From: Moniliella sp. 'wahieum'
Lineage: Eukaryota
Assembly: GCA_003971905.1 (NCBI GenBank)
Contig: RSEE01000063.1
Span: 248,001-312,000, forward strand
Length of the DNA stretch: 64,000 nt
Reading direction: 5' to 3'
This document shows positions 60,474-64,000 of the stretch, piece after piece. The notes beneath the pieces are model-generated. The model ran no database searches, was not told the DNA's origin, and saw only the letters and a program-made list of their open reading frames with translations. Positions within the stretch are counted from its first letter, which is position 1, and the number at the start of each line of letters is the position of its first letter. Position numbers and translations under genes: made by a program.

Positions 60474-63048
60474 GGCGTCGGCTCGAGTGGCAAAAGGTTG
60501 CGTATGCACCGGAACGAAAAGGACTATTCGCATGCCTGTAGTATATGGTCCTGAAAGTGTGGTTGTGGCCAAGGAAGGTTATTGACACAGGAAAAGACAG
60601 GGTAAGACAGGTCCGGTCTAACAGAACAGCTCACAACTCTTGGAGAATCGCCCCATGATCCGTACAGAGGAGACTGAAAGCAGGAGATCCACGGCAATGG
60701 ATGCCGGGTCGAAAAGATACGGAGAAAGATCAAGATGTGGTCGTTTTATCAACTGCCACATTGAAACCCTAAGAGTAACAAAGGCGTTGCCTGGGGGTCA
60801 CAACGATGGATTATCCAAAAATGTCGCACAAAGGACGAAAGACGAGAAGAGGAAAAGGCCAAGTGTGGATGAAAAAGACGAAGTAGACGAAAGAAAAGAC
60901 GAATAAGACTAAATGGTCCTCTAGGGGGAAAGGAACAAGGATCAAGGGTCACATGGGTCATATGCAGGCAGGATCTAATATAAGGAATACAATAGATAAC
61001 ACAACGAATAAAAGAGGGAAAGGAATTGGGATAAGTGCCTCCCGGAAGAATAACAGACCATCAGGAGGGAAATGTTCTCCCGCACTCAGCTGGCAGGAAC
61101 GGAAGAACAGTCAAAACTAGAAATGCTCAAGGTAAAGGGCAGGTTCTCCTCTCCTCATCAGCTATATAAATGCAAAAGGCATGATGCATGATGCAAGAGG
61201 CCCGTGAGGCCTGAGGGGAGAACTTCTCACGATGTAAAGGAGACGCTTAGATGAGGAACCTGACCTCCAGATCCGGAGGCTCAATTTCGAGCTCACTTGC
61301 GTCCAAGACCAAAGACCAAATAATTGAAGTAGGATAAAACTGGCAGGGACTCAGAAGCTATGCACTACGGACCACCTCTGCTCGGCCATCCGAAAGGGAG
61401 AGATCAAGCTGGTTGCATATAGATCCATGGGAACATGCTCCGTTAGCATAACCGAGTTCATATGTTGATGAGACCTGGAGTCCGGATGGTCCTCGAGGGT
61501 GATGCAATCGCACTGTTGGTGGTGGTGGTGTCTAAGCCAACCAGCAACGCCTACTGAGGAACATCATGCAGCGAGTCGCCACCAGGGGCTAAGCTGCGGA
61601 GAACAAGGAAAAACAGGAGAGAAAAACAACGGAACTCCTAGGCCTGAGGAGGAACTGAAAGGACATTGGCCAAAGCACGAGCCACCCGGTGGCTCAACAT
61701 ATGTTTGTTCAACGTTCAGACAAGCCAGCCTACTTTGCTGTCTTGGAAGCCTGGAGATGTAGACCTATAAAAACCCACATGCAAGGGAGACAAAAAAGGG
61801 GGAGGATGAGCTCGGTCAGCCCGCGTAACTTATTACACACCGGTACATATTAGTAGGCAGGCGTCAAGAATGAGGACTTCTGATGAACTTTTGCGGATGA
61901 ACTTTTGCGCATGTTGAGCCCCATAGAACCGACAAAAGATATACTAGCAATGCACTGTGGTTGTACTTAATCGATGCTCCGGTAGAAGTAGTTCTGGAGA
62001 TAGGTACAGAGCCTATGCGAAGGGTAGAGGGTCTTAAAGCACACTATCGCGACGTAGAGGAGCGACCGGGCGGATAAAAGACAGGTGATGCCTACCACGC
62101 AGGACGGTTATTGTTGCGACGGTGACTGCCTTCATCGATCGCGGAGCACTCCCGGCCTCATTAGCCCGATGCTCCGCGGACTCGGAGGACTGCTGATGCG
62201 CGCGTACCCGCGTAAGCCAACGACTAGTAGCCTTCTCCTGTAGCCTTGTCCTGCTTCCTACCATCAAGCCTATTATCTCTCGCCCGCAATCGATCGCCTA
62301 CGCTACTGACCTATAAACGCTTCAGCATCCATTGCGGTCTCCATAGTCGAGTTGACGAGGACGTCGCTACACGGTGCGGAGCGTCTCGCCCCAACACAAA
62401 GGCAATATGGCAGTCGTTTGAAGGCCTTAGACCTCAGACTAAGGCCTTAGGCCCCTTGGCCTTAAACCCGTTTTTATTACTGCTGCTGTTTTTCCGGGCA
62501 GGTTACCAGTTACTAGTTACCAGTTACCCCGGTCACCGGTCAGTCACCCCATTCCTATGTCGGCGAGTTAGTAGACCGATAGCACTCTTGGCACAAAAGT
62601 TTATTCAACGTCAGATTAATACACTAACCCAACTACCTTATGACGTCTTTCGATGATCTTGACGATCGATGATCGGGCATATAGGATTCCCTGCTCAGGC
62701 ACTCAGGCGCTCAGGCCTCCGGCCTGAAATCGGGAGTGGCTTGGATTAGCGCTTAGCTGATTTCAACTACGGAGGTAAGGCCAGCAATCCCCAGGTTAAT
62801 TCCTGATTATGCGCGTTGGCGTGTCTTTTACGCCCGTAGTTGGTGCATTGTTCCAACAGGCCCTCAGCAACATTCGAGATGCCGAGCCCGTCCGAGCGCA
62901 TTGAGCCGCTGAACCACTCGGCCCACGAATGCCTTGCTGTAGTTGCTGGTGATACTGGTGATACGTCTGGGTATAAAGCAAACGCACCCAGACTCTCGGG
63001 TAGGCGCAGTGATTCTGCCCACCGTCTCCTTTCGTTTCTTCCATCATC

Positions 63049-64000
63049 ATGGCTCCTCCGACTATTCCTGCTACGCGCAAGTCGTGGTACTTTGTCAAGT
63101 ACGCCGATGGCCCGCTCAACCCATCCGAGTCCTTTCAGCTACGGGAAGAGCCCATCCCAGAGTTGAAAGAGGATGACGTTCTGATCCAGGTCAACTACTT
63201 GGCTACCGAACCATCGATGCGAGGCTCGATGCGCTCTACCGAGTCCTACCGTCCTCCTGCCCCGCTCAATGAGGTCTTCGGGCACTGGGTACCGGAACGG
63301 TGATTGCTTCTCGCTTTGATGGCTTGCGGTTGGCACCAGTGTCTATGGCTTCTTGGGTCTTACTACCCACGTGGTCTTCAATGGACCAGCAGCTCTGGCA
63401 TCGGGGAAAACTGGGTTTGGGCTGCACAAGGTGCCGACCCATCCCACCAAGAACGGCAGTATCCTTGACCCTAGGGAGTTTATGACCGCTTTTGGACCCC
63501 CCGGTTGGGCTGCTACGTTGGCCTGCTCCACCCGTTGGTCGGAGCTCTCGGCCAGTTCCGCGACACCAAACTGGAGGACGAAGTGGTGCTCGTGACTGGC
63601 GCGGGCGGCGCAACGGGCAACTACGTGATCCAAATCGCCAAGGCCAAGGGTGTCAAGAAGGTGGTGGGATTGCCTCGAGCCGGAAGCGCGAGGCAGTGCT
63701 TGCTTCCGGTGCTGATGCCTTTGTCGCCTACGACGAGCCAGACTTCCAAAGCAAGCTCTTCGAAGCCACCGAGCGCAAGGGTACAGTGTACGTATCCCTC
63801 CATTCGCTTGGGTTTGCTTGTGAGTTTGGGTTAAGTACTAACTTTCAATGGGGGATAGGCTGTTTGAAAATGTCGGGGTAAGGTGTTCCAAACCGCGCTG
63901 TTGGCACTCGAGGAAAACCGGGGCCGTGTGGCCCTTTGTGGGCTGGTGAGCTCCTATGACGGCATTGGAGCTGATGATGGTGTCGCTGCCAGTCTTGCAT
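63049..64000 (+). CDS. NADP-dependent oxidoreductase (MDR superfamily, PTGR/alkenal-reductase-like), truncated at the window end; indels; intron from ~63791
   Basis: FQLREEPIPELKEDDVLIQVNYLATEPSMRGSM, VLVTGAGGATGNYVIQIAKAKGVKKVVG, GADAFVAYD, FENVG, GRVALCGLVSSYD. Confidence 0.88.

Overview
Eukaryotic, GC-rich fungal DNA, most likely a basidiomycete, judged from short GT-AG introns with CTRAC branch sites and basidiomycete-type Crz1 and Zn2Cys6 motifs. Most conserved genes carry single-base indels, which fits an unpolished long-read consensus, so many CDS calls are stitched across frames. The first ~31 kb is gene-dense: head-to-head NAD-IDH subunits IDH2/IDH1, a membrane protein, Rab5/Vps21, thioredoxin reductase, a Voa1/Big1-like protein, a histidine-phosphatase-like/HbrB fusion, a thioredoxin with an SHP-box-like motif, MDH, a phosphoglycerate-mutase-family gene and a Zn2Cys6 factor. 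A ~2.75 kb inverted duplication (9866-12640 / 19536-22272), each arm carrying an orphan gene, brackets a 6.9 kb segment. Further on are a young Ty1/copia element (matching 211-bp LTRs, TCCCA TSD, in-frame UAG between gag and protease), RPS26, a TRIR-like gene, a small Gln-rich gene, a Crz1-like C2H2 factor, a long gene-poor stretch and a truncated NADP-dependent oxidoreductase. The most striking unexplained signal is that intergenic DNA is full of short tandem arrays of many different A....T 6-bp palindromes separated by one base (7-bp period, T-N-A axis).
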